64,000 nt of DNA, from contig JBFLYH010000001.1 in assembly GCA_040756875.1 (NCBI GenBank), forward strand, positions 1-64,000. The letters are read 5' to 3'. The notes under the pieces were generated by a model. That model was not told where the DNA came from and did no database searches. It worked only from the letters and a program-made list of their open reading frames with translations. Source of the DNA: a candidate division FCPU426 bacterium (lineage in GTDB: Bacteria > Oederibacteriota > JAAXVQ01 > JAUVAV01). A program made the translations under genes and the position numbers. Positions 10,626 through 19,620 of this stretch are shown here, piece by piece (position 1 is the first letter of the stretch; every line of letters begins with the position of its first letter).

Positions 10626-11728
10626 CGAGCGCCGCCTCAAAGTGGGACAGCCTCAAAACCCGCTTCTCCAAACTGACGCCGCAACAAAAATGGTGGCTCA
10701 AGCTCGGACTGCTGGCGCTCTTCGTGCTCATATCGCCTTCGGGCGGCCGGCTGCTCGGTCCGCTGTTCCTCCTGCTGTTTTGGTCACTGGCCAGCGCGGA
10801 GAACCGGACCATATCCTGGCAGAGCATCGGCGTAGCCGCGGTGTGGGGATTGGTGGCCCTGGTGCCCGCCGCATCGATCGTGGAAACGCCGGTGCTGGCC
10901 CTGGCCGGCGAGGAAAATCTGTGGACCGCAGGCTGGTGCACGTTCGTGGAAGTGGCGCTGGTCGGCGGCAGTACGGCGGCGCTGCTGCTGTGGCCCAAGA
11001 GCCGCCTGCGGCTGACCGGGGGCATTTTGGATTACGCGATCCTGGGGCTGGCGGTGGGCGCCGGGTTTGAAGCCGGTTTGGGCGTCTTGTCGCCCACAGC
11101 CGCCGGCTTTCACGGCATTCCATTCAGCGTGCTGCCTCAACTGCCCGGCCTGCTCGGACACCCCACCCAGCCCTCGGCCACGGCCAGTCCGGCCAGCTGG
11201 GGCCTGGCTTTCGGACTGTGCGCGGGCCTGCTGCGGTATCTGTTTGGCCCGGATCTTCACGGTCTGAAAACCCGGCTCCTGGCCGGCGCGGCGGCCGGAT
11301 TGCTCTTGGCCTGGCTCGTGGGCGAGCGCCTGGCATACGCCGCGGGCGCGGATGCGGGCTGGTGGAGCGTTTGGTTTGCCGTGGATTTGAAAGGCCGGCT
11401 GCTGGCCTATCTGAGCGGCATCGGCACGGGCGTGATCATCCTGGTGGAGTGGCTGCTGCTTCAGGGCCGGCCTCATTCCGAGCCGCTGTGGCAGCCGCTG
11501 GCGGATTACAGCGCGGCCTGGACCCGGGCCGGCGCCGATGCGCACGCCACGCTCTACTCCCGGCTTCAGGCCCTCCTGGGTCTGGAGGAGTGGCGCAACG
11601 CGCTGCGCGAATACCTGCAAGCCGAGGAAATACGGCCGCTGCTGTCGGCGGCCGATCAGGCGCGGCTGGAACTGCGCCTGGAGCACCTGCGGCGGCGCCT
11701 GGCCGCCCGGGAGGGGGAAGGGGCATGA
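10622..11728 (+). CDS. Multi-pass membrane protein, distantly PrsW-like
   Basis: Many hydrophobic helices; LDYAILGLAVGAGFE resembles the PrsW second motif, but EExxK is absent. Confidence 0.55.
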   Translation: MTSAASKWDSLKTRFSKLTPQQKWWLKLGLLALFVLISPSGGRLLGPLFLLLFWSLASAENRTISWQSIGVAAVWGLVALVPAASIVETPVLALAGEENLWTAGWCTFVEVALVGGSTAALLLWPKSRLRLTGGILDYAILGLAVGAGFEAGLGVLSPTAAGFHGIPFSVLPQLPGLLGHPTQPSATASPASWGLAFGLCAGLLRYLFGPDLHGLKTRLLAGAAAGLLLAWLVGERLAYAAGADAGWWSVWFAVDLKGRLLAYLSGIGTGVIILVEWLLLQGRPHSEPLWQPLADYSAAWTRAGADAHATLYSRLQALLGLEEWRNALREYLQAEEIRPLLSAADQARLELRLEHLRRRLAAREGEGA

Positions 11729-12795
11729 AACTGAGCAACGTTCGCCTTGCGATCGACCGCCTGGACAGTCAAATCGTCCGCCTGCTCAACCAGCGGGCCA
11801 AACTGTCCGTGGAGGTGGCGGACCACAAGCGCCGCACCAACAGCCCGGTCTTCTCGCCGGAACGCGAGAGCCAGCTGTTCGCACGCCTTCAGCGCTTGGG
11901 CCAGGCCGGGCCCCTGCCGTCCGCGGCCTTGCAGGCCATCTACCGCGAAATCATCTCGGCCTCGATCGCCCTCCAGGCCGTGCAGACCATCACCTATATG
12001 GGCCCCGAAGGCTCGTTCACGCACGAGGCGACCAAGCTGCAGTTCGGCTCCTCGGTGCGCTATCAGCCGGTGCGCGGCATCGCCGACGTGTTCCGCGAGG
12101 TGGAGCGCGGCCGGGCGGATTACGGCGTGGTGCCCATCGAGAATTCCACCGAGGGGGTGGTCAACCACACCCTGGACATGTTCGTGGACAGCGAGGTCAA
12201 CATCGCCGCCGAAGTATCGCTGCGCGTGCGGCACAACCTCCTGGCGCGCAGCGGCAGGCTCGCGGACGTGCGCCGCGTCTACATCCATCCGCAGACCCTC
12301 GGCCAATGCCGCTTATGGCTGGACGGCAACCTGCCCGAGGTGGAACTGGTGGAGGTGTCTTCGAATTCCAAAGCCGCCCAGCTGGCGTCCCGCACGCCCA
12401 AAACCGCGGCCATCGCCTCGCTGCTTGCGGCCAAGCTCTACGGACTGCAGGTGCTGGCCAAAAGCATCGAGGACCATCCGGACAACATCACCCGCTTCCT
12501 GGTCCTGGGCCGGCAGCTGCCCGGGCCGAGCGGCCGGGACAAGACCTCGCTCATGCTCGCCATCAAGGACAGCGTGGGCGTGCTGCACCGGATTCTGCTG
12601 CCTTTTGCCAAGAACCGCGTGAACCTGACCAGCATCGAATCCCGCCCTTCGCACAAAGGGCTGTGGAACTACATTTTCTTCATCGACTGCCTGGGGCACG
12701 TCACGGAGCCGCGCATCAAGCGGGTCATGGCCCAGCTGCGGCCCCTGACCGTGAAGCTGAAGGTGCTGGGGTCCTACCCGCGGGGAGAGGAATAA
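11725..12795 (+). CDS. pheA: Chorismate mutase/prephenate dehydratase (P-protein)
   Basis: AroQ domain (IDRLDSQIVRLLNQRA), GPEGSF, PIENSTEG, TRF, ACT domain with IESRP. Confidence 0.96.
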   Translation: MKLSNVRLAIDRLDSQIVRLLNQRAKLSVEVADHKRRTNSPVFSPERESQLFARLQRLGQAGPLPSAALQAIYREIISASIALQAVQTITYMGPEGSFTHEATKLQFGSSVRYQPVRGIADVFREVERGRADYGVVPIENSTEGVVNHTLDMFVDSEVNIAAEVSLRVRHNLLARSGRLADVRRVYIHPQTLGQCRLWLDGNLPEVELVEVSSNSKAAQLASRTPKTAAIASLLAAKLYGLQVLAKSIEDHPDNITRFLVLGRQLPGPSGRDKTSLMLAIKDSVGVLHRILLPFAKNRVNLTSIESRPSHKGLWNYIFFIDCLGHVTEPRIKRVMAQLRPLTVKLKVLGSYPRGEE

Positions 12796-13886
12796 TGGAC
12801 CGCGGGATTTCATGGCGGCCGGGGCTCGAGCGCATCGCGCCCTACCAGCCGGGCAAGCCGATTGAGGAAGTGGAGCGCGAGCTCGGCATCTCGAACGCAG
12901 TGAAACTGGCCAGTAACGAAAACCCCCTGGGCCCCTCGCCCCGCGTGCGGGAAGCCTTGCGCCGCGCGGCCGGGGCTGTCCACCGCTATCCGGACGGCGC
13001 CTGCTTCGGCCTGCGCGCTGCGCTCAGCCGCCGCCTGGGCGTCAAGCCCGGGGAACTGCTGCTGGGCAACGGTTCCAACGAGCTGCTCGTGCTCCTGGGC
13101 CAGGCTTACCTGCGGCCGGGCGACGAGGTGCTGACCTCGCGCCAGACCTTCGTGGTGTACGAAATGGTGGCCCTGCTCGCGAACGCCAAGCTGGTCGCGG
13201 TGCCGCTGCGCAATTATGCCTACGACCTGGACGCGCTCCGGCGGGCCGTCACGCCCCGCACGCGCCTGATCTTCATCGCCAACCCCAACAACCCGACCGG
13301 CACGGCGGTGGAACCCCGCGAGCTGCGGGCTTTCGTCGACCGCGTGCCCGGGCGCTGCCTGGTGGTGCTGGACGAGGCTTATTTCGAATACATGGATCCG
13401 GCCTTTCAGGCGGACACGCTGTCTTGGGTGCGCAAACGGAGCAACCTGGTGGTCCTGCGCACCTTTTCCAAGGCCTATGCCCTGGCCGGGTTGCGCGTGG
13501 GCTACGGCGTGGCCCATGCCTCGGTGGCCCAAGCCATTGAACGCGTGCGCGAACCCTTCAACGTCAACCATCTGGCCCAAGCCGGGGCCGTGGCCGCATT
13601 GGCCGACCCTGCGCACATGCGACGGGCGGTTTCGCTGGCCAAACGCGAACGCAAGCGGGTCAGCAGGGCCCTGGCAGACCTGGGCTGCGAAGTGGCGCCG
13701 AGCCAGGCGAATTTCGTGTTCGCCAGAGTTCCGCGCGGCGACGGCCGGGCGTGCTACGGCCGCGTGCTGCGGCTGGGAGTGATCCTGCGCCCCATGCCCG
13801 GGCCGTACGTGCGAATTACCTTGGGGACCAAGGCGGAAAACGATAAAATGCTCTCGGCCATGAAGGCGGTTGTGGCTGTTTTATAA
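12795..13886 (+). CDS. hisC: Histidinol-phosphate/aromatic aminotransferase
   Basis: YQPGKP, KLASNENP, GNGSNE, NPNNPTG, DEAY, RTFSKAYALAGLRVGY. Confidence 0.93.
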   Translation: MDRGISWRPGLERIAPYQPGKPIEEVERELGISNAVKLASNENPLGPSPRVREALRRAAGAVHRYPDGACFGLRAALSRRLGVKPGELLLGNGSNELLVLLGQAYLRPGDEVLTSRQTFVVYEMVALLANAKLVAVPLRNYAYDLDALRRAVTPRTRLIFIANPNNPTGTAVEPRELRAFVDRVPGRCLVVLDEAYFEYMDPAFQADTLSWVRKRSNLVVLRTFSKAYALAGLRVGYGVAHASVAQAIERVREPFNVNHLAQAGAVAALADPAHMRRAVSLAKRERKRVSRALADLGCEVAPSQANFVFARVPRGDGRACYGRVLRLGVILRPMPGPYVRITLGTKAENDKMLSAMKAVVAVL

Positions 13887-13905
13887 AACGACTTTTCAAT
13901 TTTCA

Positions 13906-13994
13906 TCCCTCTCCCTAGAGGGAAGGGGATAAAGGGGAGGGTGTGGCCCGCATCACCCTCTCCCTCGCCCTCCCCCCTCAAGGGGGAGGGGAGA
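13906..13994. repeat. Pair of inverted REP-like GC-rich palindromic units
   Basis: CCCTCTCCCTAGAGGGAAGGGGATAAAGGGGAGGGTG ... CACCCTCTCCCTCGCCCTCCCCCCTCAAGGGGGAGGGG. Confidence 0.7.
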
Positions 13995-14031
13995 TCGCGG
14001 ATGCAAAGGACGATCAAGTTCGGAGGTTTTC

Positions 14032-15045
14032 ATGATCATCGTTTTGCGCAAGGACGCCACCGAGGCTCAGCTTCAGCACCTCCTCGACAAGCTCAAGGAC
14101 AAGGGCCTGACTCCGCACGTGTCGCGCGGCACGGAGCGCACCATCGTGGGCGCGATCGGCGACGAGCGCGTGCTCCAGACCGTGCCCCTGGAGGCTTTTC
14201 CCGGGGTGGAGCAGGTCATGCAGGTGCTGCAGCCTTTCAAGCTGGTGTCGCGCGATTTCCGGCCCGAATCCACGGTGGTGGACGTGGGCGGGGTCAAGAT
14301 CGGCGGCGGCCATTTCGCTGTCATTGCCGGGCCCTGCTCCGTGGAAAACTGGGAATTGCTTGCCACCACCGCTACGAAGGTCAAAGCAGCGGGCGCCCGC
14401 ATGCTCCGGGGCGGCGCCTTCAAGCCGCGGACCAGCCCGTACGTCTTCCAGGGGCTGGGAGAGGAAGGGTTGAAGCTTCTGGCCCGCGCCCGCCAGGAAA
14501 CCGGGCTGCCCGTGGTCACCGAAGTCATGAACGTCAACCAGGTGGAACTGGTGGCGCGCTACGCGGACATGCTGCAGATCGGCGCCCGCAACATGCAAAA
14601 CTTCGACCTGCTGCGGGCCGTGGGCGAGATCCGCAAGCCGGTCCTGCTCAAGCGCGGACTGTCGGCCACGATCAAGGAGTGGCTGATGTCCGCGGAATAC
14701 ATCCTGGCCGGGGGCAACTACCAGGTGGTGCTGTGCGAGCGGGGCATCCGCACTTTCGAAACCTACACCCGCAACACCCTGGATCTCGCGGCCGTGCCTG
14801 CGGTCAAGGAACTGTCGCATTTGCCCGTGGTGGTGGATCCCTCCCACGGCACGGGCCGCCGCAGCTTGATTCAGAGCATGTCCCTGGCCGCCCTGGCCGC
14901 GGGCGCGGACGGCCTGGCCATCGAAGTGCATCCCAAGCCCGAGGAAGCGCTGTCGGACGGTGACCAGTCGCTTCTGCCCGAGGAGTTTGACCGGCTGATG
15001 CAGGCCTTGAAGCCCCTACGGCCGGTCATGGGCCTGAAAGATTGA
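14032..15045 (+). CDS. aroF: DAHP synthase, type I-beta with N-terminal regulatory domain
   Basis: [50 protein letters not shown]. Confidence 0.95.
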   Translation: MIIVLRKDATEAQLQHLLDKLKDKGLTPHVSRGTERTIVGAIGDERVLQTVPLEAFPGVEQVMQVLQPFKLVSRDFRPESTVVDVGGVKIGGGHFAVIAGPCSVENWELLATTATKVKAAGARMLRGGAFKPRTSPYVFQGLGEEGLKLLARARQETGLPVVTEVMNVNQVELVARYADMLQIGARNMQNFDLLRAVGEIRKPVLLKRGLSATIKEWLMSAEYILAGGNYQVVLCERGIRTFETYTRNTLDLAAVPAVKELSHLPVVVDPSHGTGRRSLIQSMSLAALAAGADGLAIEVHPKPEEALSDGDQSLLPEEFDRLMQALKPLRPVMGLKD

Positions 15046-15050
15046 AAAGA

Positions 15051-15166
15051 GGATCACGAAGAGCACGAAGGCAAACCAATAAGGCGGAAGGATGTAGAGG
15101 TTAAAGATTCCAACCCTGGCCTTGTTTTTTCGTGCTCTCATTATTCATTCGTGTCCTTGGTGATCC
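15051..15166. repeat. Imperfect inverted-repeat intergenic element
   Basis: GGATCACGAAGAGCACGAA at 15051 pairs with TTCGTGCTC (15129) and TTCGTGTCCTTGGTGATCC (15148-15166). Confidence 0.6.
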
Positions 15167-15187
15167 GCTTTGAAAGGGGAAAGGTCC

Positions 15188-16081
15188 TTGAAACGACCGC
15201 AGTGGCGAAAAGTGGTGATCGCAGGCGTGGGCCTGATGGGCGGCTCGCTGGGCCTGGCCATCAAGCGGGCCAAGCTGGCCCGCTTGGTCACGGGCCTGGC
15301 ACGCAGGCCCGCCACCCTCAGGCAGGCCAAACGCCTCGGCTGCCTTGACCAGGGCACGCTGGATCCCCGGCAGGCGGCGGGCGCGGATTTGGTGGTGCTG
15401 GCCGGGCCGGTCAGCAGCATGCCCGGTCTGCTCGCTAGCCTGGCTCCGCATTTGCCGGCCGGCTGCCTGGTCACGGACGTGGGCAGCACTAAAACCTGGT
15501 TGTGCTCGCAGGTCAAGGCCCTGCTTAAACGTCAAGGCCTGGTCTTCATCGGCTCCCATCCCATGGCCGGTTCGGAGAAAGCGGGCGTATCAGCCAGTCG
15601 GGCGGATTTGTACGATCAATCCCTGTGCCTGTTGGTTCCGCCGGCCGCCGGGGCGGTGCCGGCCGCCCGGCTGGGGCGGTTGCGGGCTTTTTGGCGGGCC
15701 GTGGGCTGCGGCCGCGTGTTGACCGTGTCGCCGGCCGTGCACGACCGGCTCACAGCCGCGGCGTCGCATGTGCCGCACGTGGCCGCGGTTTCGCTGGTCA
15801 ATGCCCTGGCCGAGGAGGCGGGGCGCGACCCGCGCGTGCTGGACGTGGCGGCTTCGGGATTCCGGGACACCACGCGCATTGCAGCCAGCCTGCCCGGCAT
15901 GTGGGCGGACATCCTGCTCACCAACCGGACGGAAGTGGGGGTCCGCCTGCAGCGGTTGGCCGGCCGCCTGCTGCGTTTCCGCCGGCTGCTCATCGCCGGA
16001 CAGCGCCCCGCGGTTCTGAAAGAATTGGAACGGGCGCGCGCCGCTCGACTGGACTTGGAGCCCCGTCATGGCAAACGCTAA
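15188..16081 (+). CDS. tyrA: Prephenate/arogenate dehydrogenase
   Basis: GVGLMGGSL Rossmann fold, DVGSTK, HPMAGSE, HD...SHVPH, FRDTTRIA. Start is TTG15188 or TTG15170. Confidence 0.93.
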   Translation: MKRPQWRKVVIAGVGLMGGSLGLAIKRAKLARLVTGLARRPATLRQAKRLGCLDQGTLDPRQAAGADLVVLAGPVSSMPGLLASLAPHLPAGCLVTDVGSTKTWLCSQVKALLKRQGLVFIGSHPMAGSEKAGVSASRADLYDQSLCLLVPPAAGAVPAARLGRLRAFWRAVGCGRVLTVSPAVHDRLTAAASHVPHVAAVSLVNALAEEAGRDPRVLDVAASGFRDTTRIAASLPGMWADILLTNRTEVGVRLQRLAGRLLRFRRLLIAGQRPAVLKELERARAARLDLEPRHGKR

Positions 16082-17396
16082 ATTCATCCAGCCGGTGCGG
16101 CGCCTGCGAGGCGAACCGCGCCTGCCGGGCGACAAGTCCGTCTCCCATCGGGCCGCGATCCTGGGGACCCTGGCCGAAGGCGAAACCCGCGTTAGCAATT
16201 TCCTCCTGGCCCAGGACTGCCTGAATACGGTGGCTGCCTGCCGGGAGCTGGGCGCCCGCATCGACCAAAAAGGCGCGGACCTGGTCATTCACGGTCGGGG
16301 CCCTGCCGGACTGGCCGCCCCCCAGCGCGTCATCGATTGCGGCAATTCCGGCACGGGCGTGCGCTTGCTGGCCGGCGTGCTGGCCGGCCAGCGGTTCGAA
16401 AGCGTGCTTACCGGCGACGAACAGGTGCGGCGCCGGCCCATGCGCCGGATCATCGAGCCCCTGACGCGCATGGGCGCTTCCATTGACAGCGAACCCGGGC
16501 AGCTGTGCCCCCTGCGCCTTCACGGCCGGCCGCTGGCGGGCATTGACTACCCCTCGCCCGTGGCCAGCGCCCAGGTCAAATCCTGCCTCCTGCTCGCCGG
16601 CCTGTTCGCTTCGGGCCAGACCACGGTCCGCCTGCCGGCCGCCTCCCGCGACCACACCGAACGCATGCTGCGGCATTTCGGGGCGCAGGTGGAGCAGGGG
16701 ACCCGGGAATCCAGCGGCGGCCACTGGAGCGCCTCGGAAGGGGAGTGGGTCACAATCCAAGGCGGTCGCTCCCTGCGCGGCTGCGACATCAGCGTGCCCG
16801 TCGACATTTCCTCGGCCGCTTTTTTCCTGGTGGCCGCGGCCCTGGTGCCTGATTCGGAACTGCTGCTGAAAAACGTGGGCGTCAATCCCACGCGCACCGG
16901 CGTGCTGGAGGTGCTGGAGCGCATGGGCGCGGGCATCCGGCTGGAGTCCGGGCGCGACGCGGGCGGCGAGCCCGTGGCCGACCTGGCCATCCGCAACACC
17001 GGCCGCCTCAGGGGCCGCAGCATCAGCGGCGCCGACCTGATCCCGCGCCTGATCGACGAGCTGCCGATCCTGGCCGTGGCCGCGGCCATGGCCGAGGGCG
17101 AAACCGTGATCGAGGACGCGGCCGAGCTGCGCGTCAAGGAAACGGACCGGATCAGCGTGCTGGCCGGCGAGCTGCGCAAGATCGGGGTGCGGGTGGAGGA
17201 ACGCAGCGACGGCCTGGCCATCCGCGGCGGCGAGATCCGCGGCGGCACTGCGGATTCGCACGGCGACCACCGCCTGGCCATGAGCCTGGCCGTGGCCGGA
17301 CTGGTGTCCGGCGAAGGCGTGCGGATCGAGCGCCCCGAATGCGTGGACACCTCGTTCCCCGGATTTTGGGAACTGCTCGCGGAGGTTTCGGCGTGA
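16068..17396 (+). CDS. aroA: EPSP synthase
   Basis: PGDKSVSHRA, GNSGT, RRPMRR, SAQVKS, RDHTE, IDE, LRVKETDR, DHR. Confidence 0.97.
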   Translation: MANAKFIQPVRRLRGEPRLPGDKSVSHRAAILGTLAEGETRVSNFLLAQDCLNTVAACRELGARIDQKGADLVIHGRGPAGLAAPQRVIDCGNSGTGVRLLAGVLAGQRFESVLTGDEQVRRRPMRRIIEPLTRMGASIDSEPGQLCPLRLHGRPLAGIDYPSPVASAQVKSCLLLAGLFASGQTTVRLPAASRDHTERMLRHFGAQVEQGTRESSGGHWSASEGEWVTIQGGRSLRGCDISVPVDISSAAFFLVAAALVPDSELLLKNVGVNPTRTGVLEVLERMGAGIRLESGRDAGGEPVADLAIRNTGRLRGRSISGADLIPRLIDELPILAVAAAMAEGETVIEDAAELRVKETDRISVLAGELRKIGVRVEERSDGLAIRGGEIRGGTADSHGDHRLAMSLAVAGLVSGEGVRIERPECVDTSFPGFWELLAEVSA

Positions 17397-18088
17397 GCCG
17401 CCGGACCCGGCCCATCATCGCCATCGACGGCCCGGCAGGCGCGGGCAAAAGCACGGTGGCCAAGCGCCTGGCCGCGAAACTCAATTACCTGTACATCGAC
17501 ACCGGGGCCATGTACCGGGCGGTCACCGTGGCCTGCATGCGGCGCCAGATCGCGCTGAACGACCAGGCGGCCGTGGAAGCCGTGGCCCAGGCGGTGCGGC
17601 TGGAATTCGTGGCCGGAAAGCCGGGGATCATCCTGCTGGACCGCGAAGACGTCTCTTCGGAAATCCGGCTGCCCGAAGTGTCCTTCAATGTCTCGGCCTA
17701 TGTGGCCAGTTACCCCGGGGTGCGGCGCGTGCTCGTGGCCAGCCAGCAACAACTGGGCGCCCGGGGCGGGGTGGTAATGGAAGGCCGGGACATCACGACC
17801 GTGGTGTTCCCGGACGCGGAACTCAAAGTTTACCTGGATGCCTCCCAGGAAGTGCGCGCCCGCCGGCGCTTCGACGAGCTGACCGCACAGGGCCGGCCGC
17901 AGGCGTACGAAGCCTTGCTGGCTGACCTCAAGCGCCGGGACGAGGAAGACCGCAACCGGCCGGGCGGCGCTCTCCGCCAGGCGCCCGGTGCGCTGGTGGT
18001 GGACACCACCCATCTCAGCATCGGACAAGTCGTGGAAACCCTGGCCGAAGCAGCCGGCCGCTTCTGCGCCGCAGGCGGTGCCGCGTGA
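17393..18088 (+). CDS. cmk: Cytidylate kinase
   Basis: IAIDGPAGAGKST, DTGAMYRA, EGRDI, VFPDA. Confidence 0.96.
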   Translation: MSRRTRPIIAIDGPAGAGKSTVAKRLAAKLNYLYIDTGAMYRAVTVACMRRQIALNDQAAVEAVAQAVRLEFVAGKPGIILLDREDVSSEIRLPEVSFNVSAYVASYPGVRRVLVASQQQLGARGGVVMEGRDITTVVFPDAELKVYLDASQEVRARRRFDELTAQGRPQAYEALLADLKRRDEEDRNRPGGALRQAPGALVVDTTHLSIGQVVETLAEAAGRFCAAGGAA

Positions 18089-18774
18089 ACCTGATGTACA
18101 GGGGTGGATTCCTGCTCTCCGCCGTCTGGATGTATCTCGGTCACCGGCTGCGGGTGCATCACCGCAAAAGGATCCCCAACCGCGGCGGCTTCATTCTGGC
18201 CAGCAACCACGCCAGCATGTTGGATCCCAACGCCCTGGGCGTGGCCATCTGCAAACGCGAGCTGCATTTTATGGCCCGGTCCACGCTGTTCAAGCCGGCC
18301 TGGTTCGGCTGGCTGCTCAGGAGCGTCAACTCCCATCCCATTGTGCGGGGCAACGGCCCGGACCAGGACTGGGATGCCTTTGTCCGCCTGGTGCAAAGCG
18401 GCCGCGTGCTGCTGATTTTTCCGGAGGGCACGCGCACCGAGGATGGAAACCTGCAGCGCGGCAAATCGGGCTTTGGCCGGCTGGTGCATCTGGCCCGGGT
18501 GCCGGTTTACACGGCTTATATCGAGGGAAGTTTCGCCGCCTGGCCCAAGGGCGGAAAGTTCAGGCTGCGGCCCGTGACCGTCACGTTCGGAAACGAAGTG
18601 CCGCTTCAGGACCTGTTGGACCTGCCCGGCGAAAAACGCGTCCTGCGCCAGATTTCGGACCGCGTCATGGAAGCCATCGGCCGTTTGCGGGAGGAAGCGC
18701 TCCGCGAAGCCGGAATCCAGGAACCGGCGTCCACGCCCGCCGCCGGACCCAGGCAGCTTGACCATGGAAATTAG
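18085..18774 (+). CDS. plsC: 1-acyl-sn-glycerol-3-phosphate acyltransferase
   Basis: NHASMLD and FPEGTR motifs. Confidence 0.9.
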   Translation: MNLMYRGGFLLSAVWMYLGHRLRVHHRKRIPNRGGFILASNHASMLDPNALGVAICKRELHFMARSTLFKPAWFGWLLRSVNSHPIVRGNGPDQDWDAFVRLVQSGRVLLIFPEGTRTEDGNLQRGKSGFGRLVHLARVPVYTAYIEGSFAAWPKGGKFRLRPVTVTFGNEVPLQDLLDLPGEKRVLRQISDRVMEAIGRLREEALREAGIQEPASTPAAGPRQLDHGN

Positions 18775-19615
18775 GCTGGCTAAGCACGCAGGCCATTGTT
18801 TCGGCGTTAAAGCAGCCATTCAAACGGCTTTTAAGACTGCGCGCCGCGAAAAGCAGCCTATTTATACGCTGGGGCCGATTATCCACAACCCCCAGGTGGT
18901 GGACAAATTGCGCTCCGAAGGCGTAGCGCCGGTTAATAACTTGAGCGAGATTGGGAAGGGTGTTATAATCATCCGTTCTCACGGGGTTGCGCCCCAGGTG
19001 CTGACCGAAGCTCGCGAGCGGGGGTTGAAGGTGGTGGATGCCACCTGTCCGTTCGTGAAAAGGGCTCAAAATCAAGCCCAGGAGCTGGTCAAGCAGGGGT
19101 ATGCCTTGGTGATCCTGGGGGACATGTCGCATCCGGAGGTGGAGGGCATTCTGGGCACGGTAAACGGCGAGGCTGCGGTCGTCTCCGACGGCCGATCCGC
19201 CGCCCAGCTTCCCATGAAAAGCCGCTACGGCCTGATCGCCCAAACCACCCAGAGCCTGGAAAATTTACAGGAAGTGGCCTGCAGCCTCCTGACCCGGGCT
19301 GTGGAGCTCAAGGTCATCAACACCATCTGCAACGCCACCACCCAGTTGCAGCAGGAAACCCGGGAACTGGCCGGGGAAGTGGATGTAATGCTGGTGGTGG
19401 GAGGTCGCAACAGCGCCAACACCTCGCGCCTGGCTTCGATCTGCCAGGAGACAGGCGTAAGGCATTACCATATCGAGACCGCCTCGGAGATTCAGCCCGG
19501 GTGGTTCGAGGGAGTAAGCCGCGTGGGGGTCACGGCCGGCACTTCGACTCCGGAATGGGTCATTGCCGACGTGATGGAGCGGCTGCATCAAGTGGAAGGA
19601 TCAGGAGGCAGTTGA
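18764..19615 (+). CDS. ispH: 4-hydroxy-3-methylbut-2-enyl diphosphate reductase
   Basis: AGHCFGV, IIHN, SHG, DATCPFV, HPEV, QTT, TICNAT, SANT, TAGTSTP. Confidence 0.96.
   Translation: MEIRLAKHAGHCFGVKAAIQTAFKTARREKQPIYTLGPIIHNPQVVDKLRSEGVAPVNNLSEIGKGVIIIRSHGVAPQVLTEARERGLKVVDATCPFVKRAQNQAQELVKQGYALVILGDMSHPEVEGILGTVNGEAAVVSDGRSAAQLPMKSRYGLIAQTTQSLENLQEVACSLLTRAVELKVINTICNATTQLQQETRELAGEVDVMLVVGGRNSANTSRLASICQETGVRHYHIETASEIQPGWFEGVSRVGVTAGTSTPEWVIADVMERLHQVEGSGGS
18941..18969 (+). promoter_or_regulatory. Candidate intragenic promoter inside ispH, pointing at rpsA
   Basis: TTGAGC-17 nt-TATAAT with an extended -10 TG at 18961-18962. Confidence 0.5.
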
Positions 19616-19620
19616 ACAGC

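Noticed and set aside
11218-13886. Long ORF-track extensions (525 aa PheA, 782 aa HisC, 1023-nt ORF at 13941) suggesting fusions
   Set aside because: The upstream parts are out-of-frame read-through of neighbouring genes in GC-rich DNA; the true starts overlap the upstream stops.
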